DNA of 64,000 nt from a bacterium. Lineage in GTDB: Bacteria > Hydrothermota > Tepidihabitantia > SM23-42. The notes under the pieces are model-generated. The model worked only from the letters and a program-made list of their open reading frames with translations. It was not told the origin of the DNA and did not search any database. The stretch is taken from assembly GCA_049647125.1 (NCBI GenBank), contig JBARXC010000082.1, forward strand, positions 26,476-90,475, read 5' to 3'. The position numbers and the translations under genes are program-made. This document shows, piece by piece, positions 24,885 through 34,491 of the stretch. Each line of letters begins with the position of its first letter. Within the stretch, counting starts at the first letter, position 1.

Positions 24885-26195
24885 TTGCGTAGACTCCTAG
24901 AACAAGCCAGAACAATCAGTGACAAAACTGAGGTATTTTCATCCAATTTAATCACCGACTCAGTGATATTTGAAAATGGAAAACTGCGAGATATTGATAC
25001 CAAGGTTCAGCTTGGCACGAGCCTTCGAATCATAAAAGACAACAAACTGGGTTTTGCCTATACAAAGAACTTAAGAAACCGCAAGGAATTTCTGGATAAT
25101 TGTCTGGCGTCGCTAAAGGGTTGTATTGAAGCAAAATTCGATTTCCCTCTTACTAAAGCAACCCCAAGGCTAAGGACATATAGTACCTCGCTGAGCAAGC
25201 TGTCTAACCGTGACCTGGTCGACGAATGCCAGAGAATCTGTGAGCTGGTGAGTTCAAGGACCAAGGGTCAGTGTAACATCACTGCTGGTGACTCCATTGA
25301 AAAGGTGCGCATCATGAACAGCGCTGGTACTGATATCAAAATGAGAACCTCGGAATATGCTATAATCGTCTCGATAGTCTACCCGAATTCCTATGCGGCA
25401 TTGCACCGGATCTTCGCCCGTAAAGCCTTTGAGAAAATACAGGAAAAAGAACTGACGATGATGATCGACCTTTACAACAAATCTTCGAGGACATTGAACC
25501 CTAAAGGCAAAAAGATGAAAGTCCTTTTCATGCCGGAAAGCATGTATACCCTAACCTGGCGGATTCAAAGCGCTACCAATGGTGCGGCTGTCTACGAGAA
25601 ACAATCTCCCATTAGTAACCAAATAGGCAAGCGATTATTCAATAGGGAACTAAGCATCTACAATGACCCGCTCGATGATAGACTACCGGGTGCCAGATCA
25701 GTTGATGATGAAGCCATGCCATGCAGACATTTCCCTATAGTTGAAAATGGCGTGCTGAAAAATTTCTATTATGACCTTTACTACGCACAAAAGAACAACG
25801 TCGAACCAACTGGCCACGGCTTTAAAACAGCACGTTGGTCTGGTGAGACCATCGCCATTAAACCCTCTCCCTCACTCCAACATCTTCATATAAAAACTGG
25901 TGAAGTGTCTTTAGAACAATTAATTGAAAGCGTGGACCAGGGGATTATTGTTGCAGGTGCTCTTGGTGCACATAGTGGCAACATTCTGAACGGTGATTTC
26001 TCCATAGGATTATCACCGGGATTGTACGTCGAGAACGGTGAGGTAATCGGCCGAGTGAATGAGGCGATGGTTGCCGGTAATATCTACGATATCATGCAAC
26101 GAATCCTTGGTATTGAAAACACTGCACATGCAACCCATGCGGGCGTTTTTCCTGCAATTCTATTTGACGATGTTAGTGTGGCAACAACAAATTGA
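24885..26195 (+). CDS. pmbA: PmbA/TldE-family protein (TldD partner)
   Basis: TTG start abutting the tldD stop. 436 aa with the TldD/PmbA fold pattern but no HExxxH motif, as expected for the TldE partner. Confidence 0.75.
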   Translation: MRRLLEQARTISDKTEVFSSNLITDSVIFENGKLRDIDTKVQLGTSLRIIKDNKLGFAYTKNLRNRKEFLDNCLASLKGCIEAKFDFPLTKATPRLRTYSTSLSKLSNRDLVDECQRICELVSSRTKGQCNITAGDSIEKVRIMNSAGTDIKMRTSEYAIIVSIVYPNSYAALHRIFARKAFEKIQEKELTMMIDLYNKSSRTLNPKGKKMKVLFMPESMYTLTWRIQSATNGAAVYEKQSPISNQIGKRLFNRELSIYNDPLDDRLPGARSVDDEAMPCRHFPIVENGVLKNFYYDLYYAQKNNVEPTGHGFKTARWSGETIAIKPSPSLQHLHIKTGEVSLEQLIESVDQGIIVAGALGAHSGNILNGDFSIGLSPGLYVENGEVIGRVNEAMVAGNIYDIMQRILGIENTAHATHAGVFPAILFDDVSVATTN

Positions 26196-26232
26196 TTTTA
26201 AAATAAATAAAATATCCTATTTATGCGTGCTG

Positions 26233-28302
26233 ATGGGTCTTGTGACCTGCACGCTGAAGTACCAGTCTTTCCACTATCCTACGATAGAAAAAATAGCCGT
26301 CGCGGATACACTTCACGGCACCGTAATTTTTGACAATTATCGCTGGCTCGAAAGCAGTGAAGAACCTCGTGTGCAAACATGGTTACAAAAACAGGAGAAT
26401 ATAACACGATCTATAATAGACAAATTACCCCAACGTAAGTGGCTGATTGAACGCTACACTTCCTTATGGCGTTATGATGATGAACGAACCCCTCAAAAAG
26501 TACTCGGTAGTGACCGACTCTTCTTCTGGGCAACCAAGAAAGAATGGGAACGCTGGGCATACTATTATAGAGACCACGAATCTGCTCCGGCAATCCTTCT
26601 GTTGAACCCAAATGATTGGGGACCAAGAACACTGAACCTCGTCCAGCCCTCACGCAACGGGAAATATCTCGCTTTCGGAACTGCTGAAGCTGGCAATGAA
26701 CAGACTATCATAAAGGTAATGGAGGTCGCGAATCAAAAAATCCTTTCTGATTCACTCCGCGGCTGGCGCCAAAGCAATGTTGCCTGGCTACCTGATAATT
26801 CAGGTTTCTATTATTCTTCTTGTCCTTTAAAAGGAGAAGTGCCTGAAGGAGAAGAAAACTACTGGCGCAAGGTCTATTTTCATAAATTGGGTTCACCTTT
26901 ATCACAAGATATTGAAGTCTTTTCCCACGACTCGGTAAAAGAATATTACCACGCTGTGTCTGTAACTGAGGATGGCAAGTATCTGTTGCTTTACCGCGGG
27001 ATATTTAATAAGAACGAGGTATTCTTGCAAAGAATCGAAGATAACAATCAGCTGGTCCCGGTCACAACCACTTTTGATGGACAATATGATATTGACATCA
27101 TCGAAGATAAACTCATCATTTGGACTGATGTCCAGGCGCCAAAAGGAATGGTCTATATTGCAGATGTGGACAAACCAAATAAAGCACAATGGAAAGTACT
27201 AATCCCTGAAGCCGATGATAACCTTCTATATATTGCCGGCATTGCCGGTCATCTTTTTGCAGTATACACGCATAATGCCCATACAGTGATTAAAATCTAT
27301 TCAATAGATGGTGAATATCTAAAAGAGATTCTGCTGCCCACTTTGGGAAACGCACGGGTATGGGGGTATTGGTCAACCAGTGATATCTGGGTGCAGTTTT
27401 CATCATTTACTTATCCGCGAACCACCTTCCAATACGATATTGATAAGGACGAACTGGAGATCTTTCACCGACCGCCTATTGAGATCGATGTTTCAAGTTA
27501 CACGACTGAACAGGTGTGGTATGAATCAAAGGATGGTACCAGGATCTCTATGTTCCTCATCCACCGTAAAGATATCGTAAGGGACGGCACAAATCCTACG
27601 TACCTTACTGGGTATGGTGGTTTCAATGTGCCAATGGAACCTTATTTTTCAACTACCTATGCTCTATGGCTTGAATCCGGTGGTATGGTCGCAATACCCA
27701 ACCTGCGCGGTGGCAGTGAGTACGGTAAAAAATGGCACGAAGCTGGCATGCTCGACAAAAAACAAAATGTGTTCGATGATTTCATAGCGGCGGCTGAATG
27801 GCTTATTGAAAATAAGTACACCCAGTGCGATAAGCTGGCTATTGGCGGCGGCAGCAATGGAGGATTGCTCGTGGGAGCCGTCGTAGTCCAAAGACCAGAA
27901 CTCTTCAAGATCGTGTACTGTGCAGTACCTTTGCTTGACATGCTCCGATATCACAAGTTTGGCTATGCAAATATCTGGGCTGAAGAATACGGCAGTGCCG
28001 AGGATCCCGAACAATTCAAGTATTTGCATGAATACTCTCCTTATCATAATGTAATCGATGGAACCGCCTACCCGGCGATGCTTTTTGTCGGCAGTGAAAA
28101 TGATGCTCGGTGCTATCCGCTGCATGCCATGAAAATGGCTGCGCGTATGCAAGAAGCAAACCCTTCAGGTGAACCAATCCTCTTGCTCGTTCGAAGAAAA
28201 TCAGGACATGGTGGCGGGACAACAATCACTGAATCAATTGAACAACAAGCCGAAGTCTGGGCATTCTTGATGGACAAAGTTGGCTTAACCCCACCGGAAT
28301 AA
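26233..28302 (+). CDS. Prolyl oligopeptidase (S9A family)
   Basis: N-terminal HGTVIFDNYRWLE. Catalytic Ser in GGGSNGGLLVG. Asp/His region (VGSENDARC, RKSGHGGG). ATG at 26233 chosen as the first in-frame Met after the pmbA stop. Confidence 0.85.
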   Translation: MGLVTCTLKYQSFHYPTIEKIAVADTLHGTVIFDNYRWLESSEEPRVQTWLQKQENITRSIIDKLPQRKWLIERYTSLWRYDDERTPQKVLGSDRLFFWATKKEWERWAYYYRDHESAPAILLLNPNDWGPRTLNLVQPSRNGKYLAFGTAEAGNEQTIIKVMEVANQKILSDSLRGWRQSNVAWLPDNSGFYYSSCPLKGEVPEGEENYWRKVYFHKLGSPLSQDIEVFSHDSVKEYYHAVSVTEDGKYLLLYRGIFNKNEVFLQRIEDNNQLVPVTTTFDGQYDIDIIEDKLIIWTDVQAPKGMVYIADVDKPNKAQWKVLIPEADDNLLYIAGIAGHLFAVYTHNAHTVIKIYSIDGEYLKEILLPTLGNARVWGYWSTSDIWVQFSSFTYPRTTFQYDIDKDELEIFHRPPIEIDVSSYTTEQVWYESKDGTRISMFLIHRKDIVRDGTNPTYLTGYGGFNVPMEPYFSTTYALWLESGGMVAIPNLRGGSEYGKKWHEAGMLDKKQNVFDDFIAAAEWLIENKYTQCDKLAIGGGSNGGLLVGAVVVQRPELFKIVYCAVPLLDMLRYHKFGYANIWAEEYGSAEDPEQFKYLHEYSPYHNVIDGTAYPAMLFVGSENDARCYPLHAMKMAARMQEANPSGEPILLLVRRKSGHGGGTTITESIEQQAEVWAFLMDKVGLTPPE

Positions 28303-28399
28303 ATCCCGTATTCATTTTGTCAATTAAAGAAACGATAAAATGACAACGCGACGATCGTGGGCTTTGCCCATCTTTTATAGCAACAAGCAAGTGTCGGCG

Positions 28400-28428
28400 T
28401 TGACATTTCAACAAAATCGCGATATAAT
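28400..28428 (+). promoter_or_regulatory. Sigma70-type promoter (leaderless geometry) for the MBL-fold hydrolase gene
   Basis: TTGACA (28400-28405) - 17 nt - TATAAT (28423-28428). 6 nt to the ATG at 28435, with no SD. Confidence 0.55.
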
Positions 28429-28434
28429 AAACGC

Positions 28435-28977
28435 ATGGTTTTCGAACGTCTGGTTGTTGGAGAATTAGAAAGCAATTGTTACGTATTAAAGTCCGTTGGT
28501 ATCGGGATAATTATCGATCCTGGAGCTGAACCTGATAGAATTATGAGCGCGGCATCGGGCGTTGAAATTCAACTCATCCTTGCCACGCATCGCCATTATG
28601 ATCACGTCGATGCATTGATCGAGGTTAAAAAAGCAACCGGCGCACAAGCCGCGATCCATTTTCTCGACTGGCTACATGGTTTTGATTTGAGGCTTCAAGA
28701 TGGGCAAATAATCAAATTCGGTCATGAACAAATTACCGTGCTCCATACACCCGGCCACACGCCCGGTGGTTGTTGCTTTCTTATTGGCGCTGATCTTTTT
28801 TCCGGGGATACGCTATTCCCCGGTGGACACGGTAACGTCTCTTTCCGTGGCGGGGATCAGCAAGCGATTCTGAAAAGCATCAAGGAGAAGCTCCTTGTCC
28901 TACCGGACAAAACAAAAGTTCATCCTGGTCATGGCCCGGCCACAACGATCGGTCAGGAACGGAGTTTATATCAGTAG
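28435..28977 (+). CDS. MBL-fold metallo-hydrolase (glyoxalase II-like)
   Basis: THRHYDHVD (HxHxDH). Downstream HTPGHTPG and a conserved His near the C-terminus. Confidence 0.8.
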   Translation: MVFERLVVGELESNCYVLKSVGIGIIIDPGAEPDRIMSAASGVEIQLILATHRHYDHVDALIEVKKATGAQAAIHFLDWLHGFDLRLQDGQIIKFGHEQITVLHTPGHTPGGCCFLIGADLFSGDTLFPGGHGNVSFRGGDQQAILKSIKEKLLVLPDKTKVHPGHGPATTIGQERSLYQ

Positions 28978-29006
28978 TTTCTATTACAGTAACGCGGTGC
29001 ATTAAT

Positions 29007-29034
29007 TTGCAACAGTGCATCTTGTATATATAAT
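29007..29034 (+). promoter_or_regulatory. Sigma70-type promoter (leaderless geometry) for the EamA transporter gene
   Basis: TTGCAA (29007-29012) - 16 nt - TATAAT (29029-29034). 5 nt to the ATG at 29040, with no SD. Confidence 0.5.
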
Positions 29035-29039
29035 AACCA

Positions 29040-29936
29040 ATGGACGTAGCCATCCCATATCTAGGTGAAAGTTTAGCCCTGCTCACTGCTGTAGTTTGGG
29101 CATTTGCAGTCATTCTGTTCAAAAAAAGTGGGGAAACAGTTCACCCTATCGCTCTTAACTCATTCAAAAACTTATTGGCGGTTGTCCTATTTATCCCGAC
29201 TATATGGCTCTTTGGTAAGACATTACTGCATCCAGTTCCAGCGCATGTCTACATACTTTTATTGCTCAGTGGCGCAATCGGCATAGGCATTGGCGATACA
29301 CTTTTTTTTAAGTGCCTGAACTTGCTCGGGGCTGGCCTGACTGCGATTGTCGATTGCCTGTACAGCCCTTTCATAATCGGTCTGTCTATTATCTGGTTGA
29401 GAGAAAGCCTCACTTTGCTACAAATAATAGGTGCGCTCGTGATTATATCTGCAATAATGATCGCAACCGGCATAACAGGAAAAGAAAAAATCAGCCGCAA
29501 AAACCTGGTTAAGGGAATCCTCTACGGCGTACTGGCGCTTGCCACTATGGCGGTGAGCCTTGTTATGATCAAACCCCTGCTTGAGCAATCCCCTCTATTA
29601 TGGGCAATAGAAATTCGCCTATTTGGTGGTGTTATGGCTCTGGCGCTCATTCTAATTTTTCATCCGGTACGACGCACAATCATCGCTTCACTATTCTCAC
29701 AGCATAGCTGGATCTACACGATTTCAGGCTCATTTTTCGGTGCGTATGTGGCTATGTTTGTCTGGCTGGCAGGGATGAAATATACGCAAGCCTCAATAGC
29801 CGCTGCATTGAACCAAACCAGTACCATTTTCATCTTTATTTTTGCGGCTTTTTTCTTGAAAGAACCGATAAATCTAAAACGCACAATAGGAATTATCCTT
29901 GCCTTTATTGGTTCTTTTCTTGTGCTGTTCGGGTAA
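29040..29936 (+). CDS. EamA/DMT-family transporter
   Basis: 298 aa, 10 TM in two EamA repeats. Confidence 0.8.
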   Translation: MDVAIPYLGESLALLTAVVWAFAVILFKKSGETVHPIALNSFKNLLAVVLFIPTIWLFGKTLLHPVPAHVYILLLLSGAIGIGIGDTLFFKCLNLLGAGLTAIVDCLYSPFIIGLSIIWLRESLTLLQIIGALVIISAIMIATGITGKEKISRKNLVKGILYGVLALATMAVSLVMIKPLLEQSPLLWAIEIRLFGGVMALALILIFHPVRRTIIASLFSQHSWIYTISGSFFGAYVAMFVWLAGMKYTQASIAAALNQTSTIFIFIFAAFFLKEPINLKRTIGIILAFIGSFLVLFG

Positions 29937-30120
29937 TAACAGGCTGACCGAGAATTAGGAGTAGGGCGTTTCCCTCGATGTTGAGCTCGGGACGAAACGT
30001 ACACCCGCCCCGTTAAATAAACTTTTGGAAGAAACATGGGCATTTCTGTTACGCAATTTAACAGGGCCCAGCCTATTTAGAAGTTTTGAAGATATGAGGC
30101 TCTGAATTTCTTAACCTCGT

Positions 30121-30143
30121 AACTTCTTAAGTTCATCTTTTCC
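30121..30143. repeat. Copy A of a dispersed two-copy element (AACTTCTTAAGTTCATCTTnTCC)
   Basis: 22/23 nt identical to 49194-49216 (19 consecutive identical). Lies 15 nt downstream of the ftsY stop on the minus strand. Confidence 0.6.
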
Positions 30144-30158
30144 CATTAGCTAAAGGCT

Positions 30159-30998
30159 CTACTCAAACAAAGCTTCAACAAAAGCCGTTGGATCAAACTC
30201 AACAATATCGTCGATACCTTCACCAATACCGAGATAAAGAACCGGCAGATCTAGTTCATTACATATTGGTATTACCGCACCTCCTTTTGAAGTGCCGTCG
30301 AATTTGGTGAGGATTAAACCGTTAATGCCGATTTCCTTGGTGAATATACCGGCTTGCTGTATTGAATTCTGACCAAGATTAGCATCGATTGTCAAAATAT
30401 TCAAATCAGGTCCTTCTGGTCTGAATTTTGTAATCACCTTTCTTATCTTCCTCAATTCAGCCATCAGGTCGGTTCTCGTATGGAGCCGACCAGCCGTATC
30501 AATCAAGACTCTGTCAATAGACTTTGCCTGAGCTCTTGATATTGTATCAAAGACCACGGCTGCAGCATCTTGCCCTTTTTGTGAAGTGACGATCTCAACA
30601 TTTGCCCGGCGCGCCCAGATTTCCAGTTGCTCGCTCGCTGCATCACGATAAGTATCAGCGCACGCAAGGATTACTCGCTCACATCGCTGATAAAGGTTTG
30701 CCAATTTTGCCACGGTCGTCGTTTTACCAGAACCGTTCACACCGCTCACCATGATGATTACTGGTTTTTCAACATCGATTTTGGGGACATCTATACTAAG
30801 AAGATTGACCAATTCCTTTTTCAGAACTTCAACAAGGTCAACACCATCGTCACCTATCCGTTGCAATATCTCATCTGTGTACTTAATGCCAACATCAGCC
30901 CTGAGTAAGATATCTTCAATTTCATTAGTTGATGCGCCTTTAGTGCGGGAAAACAACTGGCTTGCTTTGCTTAACGCCTGTTTAAACTTGTTAAGCAT
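30159..30998 (-). CDS. ftsY: Signal recognition particle receptor FtsY (NG domain only)
   Basis: GVNGSGKTTT (G1), DTAGR (G3), TKFDGT (G4). 8-nt overlap with the smc 3' end. Confidence 0.9.
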   Translation of the reverse strand: MLNKFKQALSKASQLFSRTKGASTNEIEDILLRADVGIKYTDEILQRIGDDGVDLVEVLKKELVNLLSIDVPKIDVEKPVIIMVSGVNGSGKTTTVAKLANLYQRCERVILACADTYRDAASEQLEIWARRANVEIVTSQKGQDAAAVVFDTISRAQAKSIDRVLIDTAGRLHTRTDLMAELRKIRKVITKFRPEGPDLNILTIDANLGQNSIQQAGIFTKEIGINGLILTKFDGTSKGGAVIPICNELDLPVLYLGIGEGIDDIVEFDPTAFVEALFE

Positions 30999-33900
30999 CC
31001 AGATTTAGTTTTTCGAGGTCAGCAAGCTTTGCTGAAATTACCTTACTTTGACCACGTTTTTCCATGGTCAACCCGTAGAGATAATCAGCATACTCCATGG
31101 TCGCACGGTTATGGGTAATTATAACCACTTGTGTTCTTTGCGAAAGGTCGCGCAGAAACTTATTAAACCTTACCACATTTGCGTCGTCAAGCGGTGCATC
31201 AATTTCGTCAAGGATGCAGAAAGGAGCGGGTTTAACAAGGTACAAAGCCAGTAGCAGACTTACTGCCAGCAGAGTCCGTTCACCTCCGGAAAGTTGATTG
31301 ATCACTTTTAACCGCTTGCCCTTCATACGGACGGCAATATCAACCTTTGACGTCAAGGGATTACTCGGATCACTCAGCACCAAATCTGCCTGTCCACCTT
31401 CAAAAAATTTTGAAAAAACGAAATTAAACTCTTTCTTAACTTCATCGAATATCGCGACGAAACGCTCCCGGGCGCGCGTATCAAGTTCGTTAATCGAATG
31501 CAGTAGACTACTCTTCGCAGTGATTATATCATCACGCTGACCAAGAAACTCATCAAGCCTTTTTTTCTCATTCTCAAAAAGTTCCAGACTGAGAGGGTTT
31601 ACTTCGCCAAGCTTTTCCAATTTACCTCTTACCTCAACGAGCCGTGCTTCAGCATTTGGGATATTTTCTTCAGGGATGTAGTCTCGAAGATCGACGCTGA
31701 AATCTTCTTCGCCTTTCTTCCAAACTTCATCTTTTTTGTATTTGAGTTGAAATGATTCGTATTTTAGCTGCATGATTCTATTCTGAATCTCTTCGTGGCT
31801 TTTTTGCTTCTCCGCGAGTTGGTCAAAAATATTGTTTAGTCGATGGGTTAAATCTTCAGCAAGTTTCTCAGGCAGCAACGTCTCGATATCAGCCTTCTGG
31901 CTCTTCTTCGATTCCATCTCCTCTTTCAGTAGAGCAATCTGGCGCTCGACCTCATCAAGGTTTTTGGCACTTCTATCCTGCTTGAGCATACCTATTTCGC
32001 TCTCTACGATCGCCATCTCAGACTTGAGTTGCTCAATACCCGCATCAATATTGCTGAGACGTTCATTATGAGCAACCGCTTCCATTTTCTTCTCGTTCAG
32101 CAATACGTTCTTGTCTTTGATATCACGTTCGATATCTCGGCTGTTCTCTAGCAAACTCTGCCGCTCATTTTCGATCTTCTTACTTAGTTCTTCCACTTCC
32201 TTAATCTTTGCTTCAATCTCTTGGATTTTTCCGGAGATTTGCTTGACAGCATCTCTTGCAACCCTTTTATCGTTACCAATACTATCGTACTCTTTCCCTA
32301 CTTTCTCCAAATGGCGTTTCAACTCCTTTAGCTTCATTGATTGCTCAGATTTCTTGACATTTATTGCGAAAAGCCGATTTTTTTCTTCATCTATTCGGTT
32401 TTTTATCGCTTTTTGTTCATCTGTAAGTCGTTTCTTTTCTTCATTGACAAAAAGTATCTCATTCTTTAAGGTTTCAAACTTCCCTTTATGCTCTTCAAGA
32501 CGCTGACTGATTTTGAAGAACCCGATCTCACCCCGCTCAGTGATTATCATACCGTTCTTAATGAGTATTCCATTTCTAGTTACAAAACCACAATTATGAT
32601 ATTTGCTGGATAATTTATGCGCCTCGCTAAAATCGTCGACCAGGAAGTAACGAGTGAGTAAATTCTGGAGGACTATCTGTGACGACTTAAACTCAACAAA
32701 TTGCGTAGCCGGAGTAAATTCCTCAGTTATCTCGACGGACGATTCTGCTTCGTGTGTTGCCTTCACGTCGATAAAACCAAAACGTCCTTCAGGGATATTG
32801 CTGAAATCACTAGCCTTGTAATTATGTATCAGATAGTAATTCAGAATATCCCCAAGGCATATATCGATAACTGACTCGTAACCTGAGGTAACAGTTATAT
32901 TATCCCTTAACAGACCCCTGTTTCTGTTTTTAAAGCTCTCTTCTATCTCTTTAACACTATTCTTTTCTTTAAGACGATGGGTCAATGTGTCGACAATGAG
33001 TTTGCATTCGGCCAAGCCATGCTGTCTATTTACCAAATCAGTTTCCAGTTCAGCCCGCTTTTTTTCATTACCCGTCAAGTCGCTATTGGCTTGTTCTAAT
33101 CGCTGAGCAAGCTCATCCTGTTCCTTGATAACTGCATCCAACTCCACTTCCAACTGCTCCAGTGACCGCCGAGCGGTATCGATTTCCATTTGATGGGTGT
33201 CGTATTCTTCATTAATGCGCGTTAGTATCGTCTCTTTATTTTCTTTTTCAAAACGGAATCTTGTGATCTGATTGCGATACGCCTGGATGTCTGCCTGATC
33301 GCCAGCGATCAATTTATCTTTTTCCTTAAGTACCTCGGCAAGAGAAAAATACTTACTGTTCGTAGCTTCCAATTGTTCTTGCTGCGTCTGAATGGAGGCT
33401 TTTACCTGATCTATTTGATCAGCAAACTCAACTTTCTTACGGCCATATTCTTCAAGCCGATTTCGAGCGTTAACCAACAACTCCCCTTTTTCTTTAATGC
33501 TGGTTATGGTTCGTTCATTAGCAAGGGTTATCTGCTTTGCTTGCTCTTCTTTATCATTGATCTTCATGAGCAATTCTTCAAGAACTTTATCAACTACGGC
33601 AATGTGTAAAAGGGTATCTTTCTTCGTGGTTTCAACTTGCGCCATCTTTTTCTTAAACTGTTCTCTCTCTTCTTCCAGTTGTTTTATTTCTTGTATAATA
33701 GACTGTCGCTGGGTTTCGATACTGTCTTTCTGTTCTTGAATCTTCGCTAATTCATCGAGACTACTCACAAAATCGTTCTTGAACATGAATAGGGTCAAGA
33801 CCCTGTATTCTTCCTTTAGTTCTTGGTAAAGCCTGGTCTGTCTTACCTGACGCCTAAGACTTCTCAGGGACCGCTGCATCTCGTGTATGATATCTTCGAG

Positions 33901-34452
33901 CCGCAGAAGATCCTGTTCGGTCAACTCGAGTCGTCGTTTTGTCTGTTCTCTACGTTCTTGATACTTGAGAATACCGGAAACATCATCAAACATCTCCTTG
34001 GTGTTACCGTGTATTATCTTCTCAATCTCTGACAGCTCGAGAAACGAATAGGTAAGCGTTCCCGAATTCAAAAATAATGCCTGGATATCCTGGAGTCGAC
34101 ACCTAACCCGGTTCAAATAGAATTCACTTTCGCCAGAACGGTAGAATTTCCTTTTGATCTCAAACTCGCCGCCAAATTGCGGAAAAAAGTCCTCATTATC
34201 GATGGTAATGGAGATTTCAGTGAAATTTGCATCGTCTTGGGGAACGGGTGATACGTAAATCAAATCTTCTATTCTTTCACAACGTAAAGCTTTCATGGAC
34301 TGCTCGCCAAAGACCCATCTGAGTGCATCAAAGATGTTCGATTTCCCACTACCATTGGGTCCGACAAAAGCGGTTATGCCCTGGTCAAGAACAATTTTGG
34401 TCTCGCCGGGGAATGATTTGAAACCATAAAGTTTTATCTCTTTGATTTTCAT
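30991..34452 (-). CDS. smc: Chromosome segregation protein SMC
   Basis: 1153 aa. Walker A GPNGSGKSN, long coiled coils, hinge, signature LSGGE, Walker B ILDEIDAPLD. Confidence 0.95.
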   Translation of the reverse strand: MKIKEIKLYGFKSFPGETKIVLDQGITAFVGPNGSGKSNIFDALRWVFGEQSMKALRCERIEDLIYVSPVPQDDANFTEISITIDNEDFFPQFGGEFEIKRKFYRSGESEFYLNRVRCRLQDIQALFLNSGTLTYSFLELSEIEKIIHGNTKEMFDDVSGILKYQERREQTKRRLELTEQDLLRLEDIIHEMQRSLRSLRRQVRQTRLYQELKEEYRVLTLFMFKNDFVSSLDELAKIQEQKDSIETQRQSIIQEIKQLEEEREQFKKKMAQVETTKKDTLLHIAVVDKVLEELLMKINDKEEQAKQITLANERTITSIKEKGELLVNARNRLEEYGRKKVEFADQIDQVKASIQTQQEQLEATNSKYFSLAEVLKEKDKLIAGDQADIQAYRNQITRFRFEKENKETILTRINEEYDTHQMEIDTARRSLEQLEVELDAVIKEQDELAQRLEQANSDLTGNEKKRAELETDLVNRQHGLAECKLIVDTLTHRLKEKNSVKEIEESFKNRNRGLLRDNITVTSGYESVIDICLGDILNYYLIHNYKASDFSNIPEGRFGFIDVKATHEAESSVEITEEFTPATQFVEFKSSQIVLQNLLTRYFLVDDFSEAHKLSSKYHNCGFVTRNGILIKNGMIITERGEIGFFKISQRLEEHKGKFETLKNEILFVNEEKKRLTDEQKAIKNRIDEEKNRLFAINVKKSEQSMKLKELKRHLEKVGKEYDSIGNDKRVARDAVKQISGKIQEIEAKIKEVEELSKKIENERQSLLENSRDIERDIKDKNVLLNEKKMEAVAHNERLSNIDAGIEQLKSEMAIVESEIGMLKQDRSAKNLDEVERQIALLKEEMESKKSQKADIETLLPEKLAEDLTHRLNNIFDQLAEKQKSHEEIQNRIMQLKYESFQLKYKKDEVWKKGEEDFSVDLRDYIPEENIPNAEARLVEVRGKLEKLGEVNPLSLELFENEKKRLDEFLGQRDDIITAKSSLLHSINELDTRARERFVAIFDEVKKEFNFVFSKFFEGGQADLVLSDPSNPLTSKVDIAVRMKGKRLKVINQLSGGERTLLAVSLLLALYLVKPAPFCILDEIDAPLDDANVVRFNKFLRDLSQRTQVVIITHNRATMEYADYLYGLTMEKRGQSKVISAKLADLEKLNLDA

Positions 34453-34491
34453 AGAAGGCGCATCCGAACCAGCATAAATCTCGCCGCCATG

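Noticed and set aside
26059-26232. N-terminal 58-aa extension of the prolyl oligopeptidase ORF overlapping pmbA by 137 nt
   Set aside because: The extension has no similarity to the POP N-terminus and overlaps a well-supported gene. The first Met after the pmbA stop (26233) precedes the conserved HGTVIFDNYRWLE region at a normal distance.
31048-34032. Series of plus-strand Ser/Leu/Phe-rich ORFs (60-131 aa)
   Set aside because: All are antisense to smc. They are generated by the K/E/L-rich coiled-coil codon bias. No start signals are present.
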